Source: Macrostomum lignano (taxonomy: Eukaryota). From it: 64,000 bases of DNA. This document shows, in pieces, positions 45,462-57,003 of this stretch. Each line of letters opens with the position of its first letter. Positions within the stretch are counted from its first letter, which is position 1. The DNA lies in assembly GCA_002269645.1 (NCBI GenBank), contig NIVC01003642.1:22130-86129 (forward strand). Reading direction: 5' to 3'. The translations under genes were made by a program, and so were the position numbers. The notes below the pieces were generated by a model, which saw only the letters and a list, made by a program, of their open reading frames with translations, searched no databases and was not told the origin of the DNA.

Positions 45462-46217
45462 GTTGGCGAAGGTTCGATACCGAGTGATTCAGACGCCAAT
45501 GTCGTGCTACCACCCGAAATCGTTTTGCCTGGTGACGCTACTGTTGTTGATTGGATCCGGTTTGTATACCCAACGTTAACTGGGATCGAAAACAGGGAGA
45601 AGTTTTTTGAGAGCCGCGTCATTTTAGCTCCACTAAACGACTCCGTTGATAAAATTAACGATGCATGTTTAGATTTATTTCCAGGCGTTGATCGCGAATA
45701 TAGATCAATTGACAGTGTCGAGGATGAGGATGACTTGACGCACTATCCACCTGAAGTGCTGAATAGTATGGACGCACCTGGATTGCCAAAGCATCGGCTT
45801 CGTCTCAAATGCGGGATGCCTGTAGTTCTACTACGAAACTCAAACCCACCACGACTGTGCAACGGAACACGATTAATCATTAAGGAATTGCGAAACAATA
45901 TCTTACAATGTCAAATTGCTGCTGGTCAATTCAAAGGCGAAACAGTTTTGTTGCCGCGCGTTCCATTGATACCAAGTAATTTGGATCTACCTGTTAAGTT
46001 CAGAAGGCTACAATTTCCTCTACGACCCTGTTTCTGCATGACTATTCATAAAGCACAAGGCCAATCCCTTGACGTAGTTGGAATTGACCTTGCAGGTAGC
46101 TGTTTTGCGCATGGACAGCTCTACACTGCACTTTCCAGAGCAAAAAATGTTTGTAATGTTCGAGTTCGAATGTGCGGCGAAAGAACCAAAAATATCGTTT
46201 ACCCAGAAGTTTTTTGA
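45462..46217 (+). pseudogene. Helitron PIF1-family (SF1B) helicase, C-terminal half
   Basis: After the acceptor at 45460-45461: VGEG...ILAPLNDSVDKIN, GLPKHRLRLKCGMPVVLLRN, LCNGTRL, RRLQFPLRPCFCMTIHKAQGQSL, FAHGQLYTALSR, TKNIVYPEVF. These are typical RepHel helicase motifs. The Walker A/B region is absent. Confidence 0.92.
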
Positions 46218-46470
46218 ATTGGACGTCTTTATTATCTATTAATAATTTTTTACAATTCAATTTAAAAAATATATGTTGCTATTTTACTACGAGCCACGAT
46301 TAAATATTGAAAGTGCATGCTGTCACGCAAAACGTCTATGAGAAAATGTGTGTCCTGAAACTGTATTTTTCGCGGAATGCATAAGCTTGAGATGCATTTC
46401 TAGCTTAAGATGAATTTCTAGCTGCAAGTAGTAAATTCCATTAAATTTGTCTTCATCGTTATGTTAAAAG

Positions 46471-47641
46471 ATGGCAAGCAAGCTAAGCAAGTTAACGATT
46501 TCTTCTCTCTCTGTCGGTCCCATGCGCGGCGTAGTCTCCGGAATTACTTCGTTAAGAACTGAGGTAAGCTTCCATAATTTGCTATTTTGCTTCATATATA
46601 TACTTTTTTTATAAAATCAATCCACTTAAACAACATCGTTTTTTACTAAACCAGATTAGGGATGGCAAGAAGAACAAATGGTTTTCGTTTTTGATGTCAG
46701 ATGAGTCAGGTGAAATCAGAGTGGCAGTTTTTGGCGATGAGTTGCAAGAACACTGGAGCATTTGCGAAAACGGGCAAACAATCTCCATCCGTGAAGGAAT
46801 GGTAAAGTGTGCTAATCCAAAATTCAACCGAACAAGCAATATGCATGAAGTTACTCTGTCAATCAATGAGGATAACAAGGACTCTCTCCGCCAGTGTAGC
46901 GATGCGATAGTTCCCATAAATGGTCCGTTCAAAGCGCTCTCCGAACTACCAAGAATTGGAGTGAATGGGTAAGTCCATCCTCAAAATGTAGAATAAACAG
47001 GAAGATATATATACTTCACACATTTTCATTCTTCATATTTTCAGTTTTGTTGATGTTCTCGGTGTCATTGTCAAAGTGGAACAACCCGTTGACGTCAACA
47101 CGCGTTCCGGAAAGTTGGTGCAGCTCGCAAAAGTCTGCATCGTAGACAAATCTGGTTTTCAGACTTTTTGCAACTTCTGGGACGCCTCTGCTACCCAGGT
47201 ACATTTGTGGAGACCAGGAGACGTAGTCGCCATTAGAAAAGCCAAGATTCAAGAGTACGCCGGCTCGCTTTGTCTTGGTTGCTCATCATCAACTATTTCG
47301 TATTCGCCTGTTCACGACACTGCTCAAGATCTGAAAACCTGGTACGAAGAGTCCGAGAGCAGCACCCAATTTCTACCGCTAGCTAATAGCTCAACTATGG
47401 ACATTACTGACACCGCAGCTGACGACGTGCTTGCATTTGAATTCCCAGCGTCGATGCAGCCGCATATCGACCGGATGCGTCGAGTTGTTATCCGCTGTGG
47501 AGCGCAACGGGTACTTATATATACATATGTATATTAACGGGTATGATTTGACTTTTTAATAGTTTGTACTTGAAGAACACATTAATACACTTTCCATTTT
47601 AGTACGTCGGCCTGTTGAACATTTGTAACGAATTCCTATGA
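46471..47641 (+). CDS. Helitron-borne RPA70 (RPA1)-like ssDNA-binding protein with two OB folds, about 303 aa
   Basis: Exons 46471-46563, 46655-46968, 47045-47510 and 47603-47641 are GT-AG and phase-consistent, with no stops. DBD-A-like FSFLMSDESGEIRVAVF...VKCANPKF; DBD-B-like VDVLGVI...IVDKSG...NFWD...VVAIRKAKIQEYAG...AQDLKTWY. The last exon is tentative. Confidence 0.8.
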
Positions 47642-48231
47642 AAGATGGAAAGCTTACGGGAAACTCCCTGAAAAATACGGGAATCTGCTACAACCCCAAG
47701 TAACCGAGGATATTTTATGGTTAAATAATTATTTAGGATATGCTGCAAGTAATTTTAGGTTGTTGTTTAAGTTAATCGTTGTCGATTACGTTAAGATTAA
47801 ATGCTGCTGAAAATTTCAATTTACTAGATCAAACTTTTGTTCTCAAACTTTCAAGCAAATTAACTACTACTTAAATTTGTTCCAGAATTTTTAATCGAAT
47901 AAAACTAAACTAACCCAACTAACTAAACTATACTAACTAACTAAATTCACCCGCAAAAATACAATTGTAACCTTATGCCACATGCTAAAAGTAATAATTA
48001 AAAGCGAGTCTCTGAAATAAAAAGTGATAAGTTTGCCCGCAATAACTTCAACATGTCCATGGTCGGATGCTTTTCTTACTTGTTCTGTATATCAGCATAC
48101 TTTTGAGTACAAAATGGACGTCGGTTTTATTTGATTGTTAATTTAGGCCTTAAAAATCCAATGGAAGATTGCGTCTAATCCAAAGAGAACTGTACAGTCC
48201 CCCCCCCCGAAGGGGGGGGCAAATTCGCTAG

Positions 48232-48545
48232 TCTATATAACTAAATCTGAAAAGTTTCTATATATGTATGTATATATGTACATAATCCATTTTAAAAGAA
48301 TTTATCCAACCGATTTTGTTCAAACTTGCACCATTCGATCAGAAATTCTTGCGAATCGATACAGTTCTCTTGGCTAAGAGATTGCTTCATATTAAAGGGA
48401 TTAAATATTCGAAAAACTGTATTTTCCCTATCTAATTAGTGTATTTTTCTTGCAGTGAGAGCTCAATCCGTCTACAACCATAGACTAAACTTAAATTCTT
48501 GAGTTGATTCTGTGAGCTATATATAGCTATACTTAAAACTTATTA
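48232..48545 (+). mobile_element. Helitron 2: diverged 5'-end fragment fused head-to-tail to Helitron 1
   Basis: Starts TCTATATAACTAAATCTGAAAA immediately after CTAG and shares ACTGTATTT..CCTATCTAATTAGTGTATTTTTCT.GCAGT.AGAG with 44575-44620. Confidence 0.75.
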
Positions 48546-49113
48546 TCTCTACATATAAAAATCAAAACTCTGTCTGTCTGTCTGTCTGTCTGTCTGTGGA
48601 CAAATTACTTCGCTATGGACTCCCAAACCGCTCAACCAAATTACACCAAACTTTACACCCACCCTAAACTTACTACGGAGAATGTCTTAGGCTACCTTAA
48701 AATTTCCTAAATTTGAGTCTTCCTACCTAAAAGTACAAAAAACTGCTCAAAATGCGCGATTTTTTCACTTAATCCTCCATAGCGCCGCTCCACTTCTACC
48801 GATCCTCTTCAAATTTGACACAATCAATTTTCAACTATTTTGACACAATCGTGTAAAATTTCGAGTCTCAAAGTTAATCCTGAACGGCGCTGTGCACTTT
48901 TAAAGTTTGGCTGTTTTTTTCAGCGAGACAGCCACCCCAACCTCCGCCCGCCTGCCTTTCTTTCTTTCTTGGATGAGGAAGATGGCAATCGATAAGACTA
49001 GCATAGTTGTCTGTGGTACAAAAAGCGATACGATGCAATCCTGATTCCTGAATTAGTCACACAAAATAGAATTTGTAACACTAAGTCCTACTTAAAGGCA
49101 CTTTAAAATTCAA

Positions 49114-51123
49114 ATGCCCCCAAAGAAAAGCGCATTGGGTCGTTTCACTGCTGCAGCTAGACGATGGAGATCTACAAGGCAAAGCAATGCGGCTGAAGCA
49201 GGAACATCACATAGCACAGAGGAAGCAGACAACACAGGTAGCTCTGCCCAGGCCAGATCGAGTGCAAGTGCCTTAGGAGAACAAGCCCAGAAAAGAAGCC
49301 TTCGACCACCGACAAGATCATCGACATCAGCAGCCGGCGCCAGCACTTCCGATGGAACTGGAAGTACACAGGTTCCTCTCAGGGCTGCAAATTGGGAAGA
49401 AAGACGACGTGAACAAAAAAGACAGCAAACAGCCGAGGCACGACGCAATGAAACGACTGTTCAGACTCAGCAACGACAGGAACGGGACAGAGATCAGACC
49501 GCAGAGGCACGACGCAATGAAACGACTGTCCAGACTCAGCAACGACAGGAGCGGGACAGAGATCAGACCGCAGAGGCACGACGCAATGAAACGACTGTCC
49601 AGACTCAGCAACGACAGGAGCGGGACAGAGATCAGACCGCAGAGGCACGACGCAATGAAACGACTGTCCAGACTCAGCAACGACAGGAGCGGGACAGAGA
49701 TCAGACCGCAGAGGCACGACGCAATGAAACGACTGTCCAGACTCAGCAACGACAGGAGCGGGACAGAGATCAGACCGCAGAGGCACGACGCAATGAAACG
49801 ACTGTCCAGACTCAGCAACGACAGGAGCGGGACAGAGATCAGACCGCAGAGGCACGACGCAATGAAACGACTGTCCAGACTCAGCAACGACAGGAGCGGG
49901 ACAGAGATCAGACCGCAGAGGCACGACGCAATGAAACGACGGGTGAAGCTGGAGTGCGCCGTGAAGACGATCGAAGACGCCACAGAGAACGCGCTGCGGC
50001 CTATCGATTTATTGAGCAAGACGTTGCCCATGACGAATCTGAGCAAGCAATTGGACCACCTCCTTGGGCCCTAAGCTTTGCTCTAAATTATGATCCTACT
50101 TTTGTTTATAGCAGCCACCCAAAGCTTGCTATCGAAAGAATGTCGAAGAAATGTCAGCATTGCAATGCGTTGAGGTGGGCAAATGAGACACTTGGCATGT
50201 GTTGTAGCAATGGAAAAGTCAGACTCACTCCTCTGAATGAGAATCTACCAGACTATCTTCGCCATTTGTTGCTGGGTAACTCTGAGGAATCGGATCATTT
50301 TCTGTCCAACATTCGACGATACAATAGCTGTTTTCAGTTCACTTCTTTTGGAGCTGAAAGAATAGTTGAAGAGCCAGGCTTCATGCCTACTTTTAAAGTC
50401 CAAGGGCAGGTGTACCATCTGGTGGGATCGTTGATGCCGCTGCAAGGAGAGGAGCCAAAGTTCCTGCAGATCTACTTCATGGGAGACAGCCACGAGGAAG
50501 TTGAGCGCCGATGTAGGATTGCTCCAGGTGTGAGACCTAACATTGTTTTTGAGCTATAGGAAATTATGCATGCGCATAACAAGTACATGCGCGATTTCAA
50601 AACTGCTATGGAGCGGCTACCTCCAAATGTAGAGGAACTTCGAGTTGTCATTCACGCAACAAAGACGCCTGCTGGCCAACACGAAAGAAGATTCAATGGA
50701 CCTGTTGTTGACGACGTTGCCATTCAAATTGTTGGTCAACAATTTGAAAAGCGAGACATTGTTTTGGAACTGCGAAGCAACCAGTTAACCAGGATATCTG
50801 AGATGCACAGGGGGTATGATGCTCTGCAGTACCCTCTTATTTTCTGGGAAGGCGAAGACGGATATCATTTCGATATCCCACAGACTGACATTCGCACCGG
50901 AAATTCATCAGCCACAAAGAAAGTGTCGGCAATGGACTTCTACGCTTATCGGCTCATGGTTCGTGAAGGAAGTTTCAACTGCATTCTTCGTTGTCGAAAG
51001 CTACTGCTGCAGTTTGCTGTGGACATGTACGCTAAAATTGAGTGCGAGCGACTGAATTTTATCCGCTTAAACCAAAAGAAGCTTAGAGTAGAAGAGTACA
51101 TTCTTCCCATCTCCTTTACTTAA
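49114..51123 (+). pseudogene. Helitron RepHel N-terminal region (STPR-like repeats, Zn finger, Helitron_like_N), with an in-frame stop and truncation
   Basis: ORFs 49114-50559 and 50566-51123 are in the same frame, separated by TAG at 50557-50559. Motifs: CQHCNALRW...CCSNGKV, NIRRYNSCFQFTSFG, FKVQGQVYH, PKFLQIYF, HRGYDALQYPL, YAYRLM, LQFAVDMYAKIE..RLNFIR.NQKKLR. It ends before the HUH motifs. Confidence 0.92.
49432..49940 (+). repeat. Coding 69-bp (23-aa) tandem repeat, 7 near-identical units plus a partial one
   Basis: ETTVQTQQRQERDRDQTAEARRN repeated at 69-bp spacing. Confidence 0.95.
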
Positions 51124-51550
51124 AAATATTCAGACAGATTCTATACTGTCCTAATGCTGTAAGCGTTTGTGTAGTCTTAGTTTCTATTCTGTTCTGCTTT
51201 ATTCTATTCTAGAAATATACTTTTTAATACACATTTATACCAAGTTTCGTTCACACCTCTATCCAACTATTAACAAGTTTTGAGTATGACTTTGGATTTT
51301 AAAATACATGCAAAAATGGTTCCGGGGATTTGAATTCCCCAGGTTCAAAATCCGCGGGTTTCAACAGCTTGTTTACCCAATAAAGCTTAAGGAATCGCCC
51401 TAGTTAAAATTCTTCTCCCCAGCAACAACTTGCTTGGCAATCTACATTTCGTATTTTCAGGCGAGCGCGCGCGGCTGACCAAATAAAAAGAATTGACAAA
51501 AAAGAGAGTGACGTCGTCTTACGGTTGGAATTAGCGACTTAACGAAATCG

Positions 51551-54121
51551 ATGCGTGCAAGCAGCAGGACGGCTGTAAGCTCTGCCTTGCTGTGGCTTGT
51601 CGCGGCTGTCGCTGTGCGAGCCACACTGCGGGCAGGCATTCCATCAACTGTGTTCGTGCACGACCCAGCCCACGGCAATGTCAGGATGGGCGTCAAGTCT
51701 GAATTCTGCGACAATGGCGAGGTGAGTGCAGAGTAGTCTAATCTAATCTAATGTCACCTGATCTAGTCTAATCTAGACTAATGTCACCTGATCTAGTCTA
51801 ATCTAATCTAATGTCACCTGATCTAGTCTATTGTCACCTGATCTAGTCTAATCTAGTCGAATGTGCCCTGATCTAGTCTAATCTAGTCTAGTTTCACCTG
51901 ATCTAGTCTAATCTAGTCGAATGTGACCTGATCCAATCTAATATAGTCTAGTGTAACCTATGCCACAATAATCTACTCTAATCTACTCTAATATAATCTA
52001 ATCAAATCTACAGACGCACCTCGAACTCGACTGGGACGGCTCGGATGACAGCAACTTCACGTGCACCCCGTCCCGACGTCAAGCATTCGAGGCCGAGTCA
52101 GAGGCCCGAGCAGCCGCGGCCAAGCCGGAGTTTCACCTGTCGGAGCCGGCCAAGCCGCTGCATCACCGGTGCACCAGCCAGGCCATTAGCTACGACAAGC
52201 GGCTGCCGACCAGCGGGCAGCACCGACCGCTCTGGCCAGTGTGGGGCCGCTACATCTACGTGCCGGCTCAGCGGTGGCTGCACAGCCTCGAGCACGGTGG
52301 GATCGTCGGCCTGTACCATCCGTGCGCCCCGGCCGAGCAGGTGGAAGCCTTCGCTGATGCCATCGCGGGCTGCCTGCGGCGGCACGTCATTGCGGCTGAC
52401 GGCGTGCGACTGCGGCCTGACAGGGTATGGGGCTGGTGATGGGGCTGGTGATGGGGCTGGTGATGGGGCTGGTGATGGGGCTGGTGATGGGGTTGGTGAT
52501 GGGGCTGGTGATGGGGTTGGTGATGGGTTTGGTGATGGGGTTGGTGATGGGGTTGGTGATGGGGTTGGTGATGGGGTTGATGATGGGGTTGGTGATGGGG
52601 TTGGTGATGGGGTTGGTGATGGGGTTGGTGATGGGGTTGGTGATGGGGTTGGTGATGGGGTTGGTGATGGGGTTGGTGATGGGGTTGGTGATGGGTTTGG
52701 TGATGGGGTTAGAGATGGGGTTGGAGATGGGGTTGGAGATGGGGTTGGTGATGGGGTTGGTGATGGGATTGATGATGGGGTTGGTAATGAGGTTGGTGAT
52801 GGGGTTGGTGATGGGGTTGGGGGATGGGGTTGGTGATGGGGTTGGGGGATGGAATTTGGGATCGAATTGGGGATGGGATGGGGTGGGATTTAAGGATGGG
52901 ATTAGGGATGGGATTAGGGATGGGATTAGGGATGGGATTAGGGATGGGATTAGGGATGGGATTAGGGATGGGATTAGGGATGGGATTAGGGATGGGATTA
53001 GGGATGGGATTAGGGATGGAATTAGGGATGGGATTAGGGATGGGATTAGGGATGGGATTAGGGATGGGATTAGGGATGGGATTAGGGATGGGATTAGGGA
53101 TGGGATTTAGGATTTGGCCTGGGTCAGATATCAAGACTTATTTAATGTTCGGATTATTTCGAAAAAAAGTCAATAAAACAATACGTACAAAACTATCCAA
53201 CTGATCAACGTTTTTACAGCCATTCGCTCTCCTGGCTTACCGCAACAAGGTTTTGATGGCAAACTATGATGGAGACACCGTTGAGAGCTTCATCTTGGTG
53301 AGTTGCAAAATAAAAATGTGAAAGAATCAAAGACAGCAAGACAGAAACCAATACAGACACTAATACAGGCACTGATGCAGACACAAAATGGACACTACTA
53401 CAGGCACTATTGCAGACACTACTGCAGATACTACTACAAAGTGTACTACAGATACTACTACAAAGTCTACTACAGATACTACTACAAAGTCTACTACAGA
53501 TACTACTACAGACTACAGACACTTACTACAGACACTACTACAGATACTACTACAGACACTACCACATACACTACTACAGACACTACTACAGACTTTCCCA
53601 CTACAGACACTGCTCCAGACACTGCTACAGACACTGCTACAGACACTGCTACAGACACTGCTACAGACACTGCTACAGACACTGCTACAGACACTGCTAC
53701 AGACACAGCTACAGAAACTGCTACAGACACTGCTACAGACACTGCTACAGACACTGCTACAGACACTGCTACAGACACTGCTACAGACACTGCTACAGAC
53801 ACTGCTACAGACACTGCTACAGACACTGCTACAGACACTGCTACAGACACTGCTACAGACACTGCTACAGACACTGCTACAGACACTGCTACAGACACTG
53901 CTACAGACACTGCTACAGACACTACCACAGCTTCTAAGCCATCCAGAGTCAGCCAGCCCCGCCCCCCCACTCTGCAGAGCCACGCCCTCAGAGGCCCGGA
54001 GCGCACGCCGCGTGAAGGCCAATACAGCCTCGGCCTGGTTACCCCGGCCAACAATGTCACAGACTACCAAGACAGCATCCTGTGTCCCGGACGGGTGAAC
54101 CGGACCCAGCTGCATCCGTGA
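51551..54121 (+). CDS. DUF3105 / TP53I13-like secreted protein, 267 aa, 4 exons
   Basis: Exons 51551-51721, 52014-52424, 53220-53297 and 53978-54121 are all phase 0 and GT-AG. There is an N-terminal hydrophobic signal, plus the motifs [46 protein letters not shown] and DSILCP. Confidence 0.85.
51735..51995. repeat. Minisatellite of about 30-35 bp (TCTAGTCTAA...GTCACCTGA) in DUF3105 intron 1
   Basis: Direct tandem units. Confidence 0.88.
52425..53110. repeat. Compound 12-bp arrays (GGTGATGGGGTT)n then (GGATTAGGGATG)n in DUF3105 intron 2
   Basis: Direct reading; the first array begins at the splice donor. Confidence 0.96.
53390..53935. repeat. 12-bp minisatellite (ACAGACACTGCT / ACAGATACTACT)n in DUF3105 intron 3
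   Basis: Direct reading. Confidence 0.95.
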
Positions 54122-55319
54122 TCCCTGATGCTGCACCAACTGCCTGATTCCCCTGCTGCTATATGGGGAACTTTATTGTTCAGCTTCAAAGTTCAGTCAA
54201 CATCTGATGAAGTTTGTGTGAAGCAGACAAATATAATAATCTAAAAAGTTAATTAGGGCGGTCACCTACATAGCAGTTAGTTATAGGCTGCTTCTGTTTG
54301 TTTGAGGTAGGTGAAATTTGTTCTGACATGGCTTAATTAATACGAGACGGTGGAAAGCACATTTAAAATAATTTATTTTTTCTTTTTTTCTTTTTTCTTT
54401 TTGTTTTATTGCTGCAAAAGGTCACCCGGTTGTCGGACACACTACTTACTTCTTGTACCAAAACAGCAACACTGAAGAAATCTTGCACTGGTTTTTATCA
54501 TTATCTCCTACTTGCAGTAGCGAGTTAAGCCTATGAGGCTATTGTCTGAATTTAATAAACCGAGCACCAAACCCAGTTCAGAAAATGACTTACTAAGATT
54601 ATAAAAATAAGCTGAATATTTGAGCTTGAGACTGCAAAGTTAAGCAGAGCTGGGCCCGGTTAGTACGCAGCTAAATAGGCTGCCTTCAAGTAGCTACAAG
54701 GTCGCCACAGCCTCATCAGCTGCAGACAAACCAAACAGCCGCACTCTCTTGGGAAATTGCCCGAGTGTTATCCCCAATCCTGCTGGAACTGGAATTATGA
54801 GATCTGCTGGCAGATTTCCCACCGAATTTCAGTGATGAAGCAAAGCGAAAAGATCCTCATGGAGAATGGCGGAGCGCGGCAGAGTGTCTCTCCGCCAGCT
54901 TCAGGCAAAGTCAGCCTCATCAATCTTTTATTTGCATGCAAAGCAGCGGAGGACAAAATAATCAATCAATCCATTCTTGGAATCCAGATTATCTATAAAA
55001 AAGTGCGAAAAAGTCACGAGCTTAGCCGTGAGATTAGCACTCGACCATGTCAGCCTTCTGACAGCGTGAAGGCTTCAAGGGTTCGCGACCTTGAGATTAA
55101 ATTAGTGATGCCCTAAAGTCCATACTTGTTATGTGGTGGATTTCCACTGAGCCGTTAATGTTGATAAAAGTTGTAAAATGACTTCTTCGCTTAGCTGAGC
55201 AAACAGCTGCCGATTTCATGTTTTATTCATTAGGTTCATTTCATGTTATTTTGCTTCAATTTCACATTTCTATGCAGACTGCATTTAACTCACCAATCTC
55301 TGCTTTTGCTCATTTGTGA

Positions 55320-56285
55320 CTGCCTCTCCAGGTCTCTGGCGCCTCTCCCTGCCTCTCCAGGTCTCTGGCGCCTCTTCCTGCCTCTCCAGGTCTCTGGCGC
55401 CTCTTCCTGCCTCTCCATGACTCTGGCGCCTCTCCCTGCCTCTCCAGGTCTCTGGCGCCTCTTCCTGCCTCTCCAGGTCTCTGGCGCCTCTTCCTGCCTC
55501 TCCATGACTCTGGCGCCTCTTCCTGCCTCTCCAGGTCTCTGGCGCCTCTTCCTGCATCTCCAGGTCTCTGGCGCCGCTTCCTGCCTCTCCAGGTCTCTGG
55601 CGCCTCTCCCTGCCTCTCCAGGTCTCTGGCGCCTCTCCCTGCCTCTCCATGTCTCTGGCGCCTCTCCCTGCCTCTCCATGTCTCTGGCGCCTCTCCCTGC
55701 CTCTCCAGGTCTCTGGCGCCTCTTCCTGCCTCTCCAGGTCTCTGGCGCCTCTTCCTGCCTCTCCATGACTCTGGCGCCTCTCCCTGCCTCTCCAGGTCTC
55801 TGGCGCCTCTTCCTGCCTCTCCAGGTCTCTGGCGCCTCTTCCTGCCTCTCCATGACTCTGGCGCCTCTTCCTGCCTCTCCAGGTCTCTGGCGCCTCTTCC
55901 TGCATCTCCAGGTCTCTGGCGCCGCTTCCTGCCTCTCCAGGTCTCTGGCGCCTCTCCCTGCCTCTCCAGGTCTCTGGCGCCTCTCCCTGCCTCTCCATGT
56001 CTCTGGCGCCTCTCCCTGCCTCTCCATGTCTCTGGCGCCTCTCCCTGCCTCTCCAGGTCTCTGGCGCCTCTTCCTGCCTCTCCAGGTCTCTGGCGCCTCT
56101 CCCTGCCTCTCCAGGTCTCTGGCGCCTCTCCCTGCCTCTCCAGGTCTCTGGCGCCTCTCCCTGCATCTCCAGGTCTCTGGCGCCTCTCCCTGCCTCTCCA
56201 GGTCTCTGGCGCCTCTCCCTGCATCTCCAGGTCTCTGGCGCCTCTCCCTGCCTCTCCAGGTCTCTGGCGCCTCTCCCTGCCTCTC
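55320..56285. repeat. 29-bp minisatellite (GCCTCTCCAGGTCTCTGGCGCCTCT[C/T]CCT)n with higher-order duplication
   Basis: Direct tandem units; the pattern of variant units itself recurs. Confidence 0.97.
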
Positions 56286-57003
56286 TCTGTATTTTCCAAC
56301 CGTCTCTATAAATAAAGTATGGCAGCCATGACCGGGTGAATTTTAGCAATATGGATAATTTTAGGATCATAGCTATAGCCAATAAGCTCCCTAATTAAAC
56401 AACAACGCTAATAATATGGGCAGTGCCAGCCATCTCTGTCAAATCCTCGCACACGCTTCAAGCACGATAAGTACCGGCTTGTGGTATCTACCGGGTCCCT
56501 GCAGCTCAGGACGTTGGTCCAAATTTTAGGCCGTCATGCCAGACTCAAGGATGCCTATTATAATAATTATTATAAGCTCTCGCTGGACTCCCTCTTCAAG
56601 ATCTAAATTTAGAAACTGGGTAAGCTAAGAAAAACAATTTTCCTTCGCATTAATCGGTCCCCTGTGTTGCTTAATTCCGTCAATAGCTTTCAAGCTGACC
56701 GGATCGAATACCGGAGTTGGGATCGTCTTTAAAAATATTCCCCCAAGATTTCGTAAGTCCAACATCGATATTTTCAAGCTCACACGAGTACAGCACGAAA
56801 TTCTCCGGGGCTAAAAGAATCGATGCTCAGGTTGGGCCAATAGCAGCGGTTTGGGATGGGTAGACTTAAGCGTGTGGTCTTCTGTTTTGAAAATCCGAAA
56901 GAAAGCTGCTTCAGTTCAAGGCTTCAAGCAATGGAAATTCAACAACTGCCGGAGTCCCCAAAAAGGCCGCAACTATGGGTGGCACCCTGCTCTGGGGGTG
57001 GAA

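Larger units (their letters stand above)
44399..48231 (+). mobile_element. Helitron 1 (3833 bp), internally deleted, both termini present
   Basis: 5' end A|TCTTATATACTAAATCTGAAAA. The 3' end has the hairpin CCCCCCCC-GAA-GGGGGGGG followed by CTAG|T at 48228-48232. It contains a RepHel N-terminus, a PIF1 helicase C-terminus and an RPA70-like gene. Confidence 0.88.
48546..51123 (+). mobile_element. Helitron 3 (different family), 3'-truncated
   Basis: 5' end A|TCTCTACATATAAAAATC followed by (CTGT)n and CCCAAACCGCTCAACC, resembling known Helitron 5' ends. It encodes a RepHel N-terminal part. No 3' hairpin/CTAG was identified. Confidence 0.82.

Noticed and set aside
51300-51405. 3' end of Helitron 3 (GGGGA-N7-TCCCC hairpin and a later CTAG|T)
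   Set aside because: The hairpin lies about 55 nt from the CTAG, much further than the usual 10-15 nt or so, so it was not accepted.
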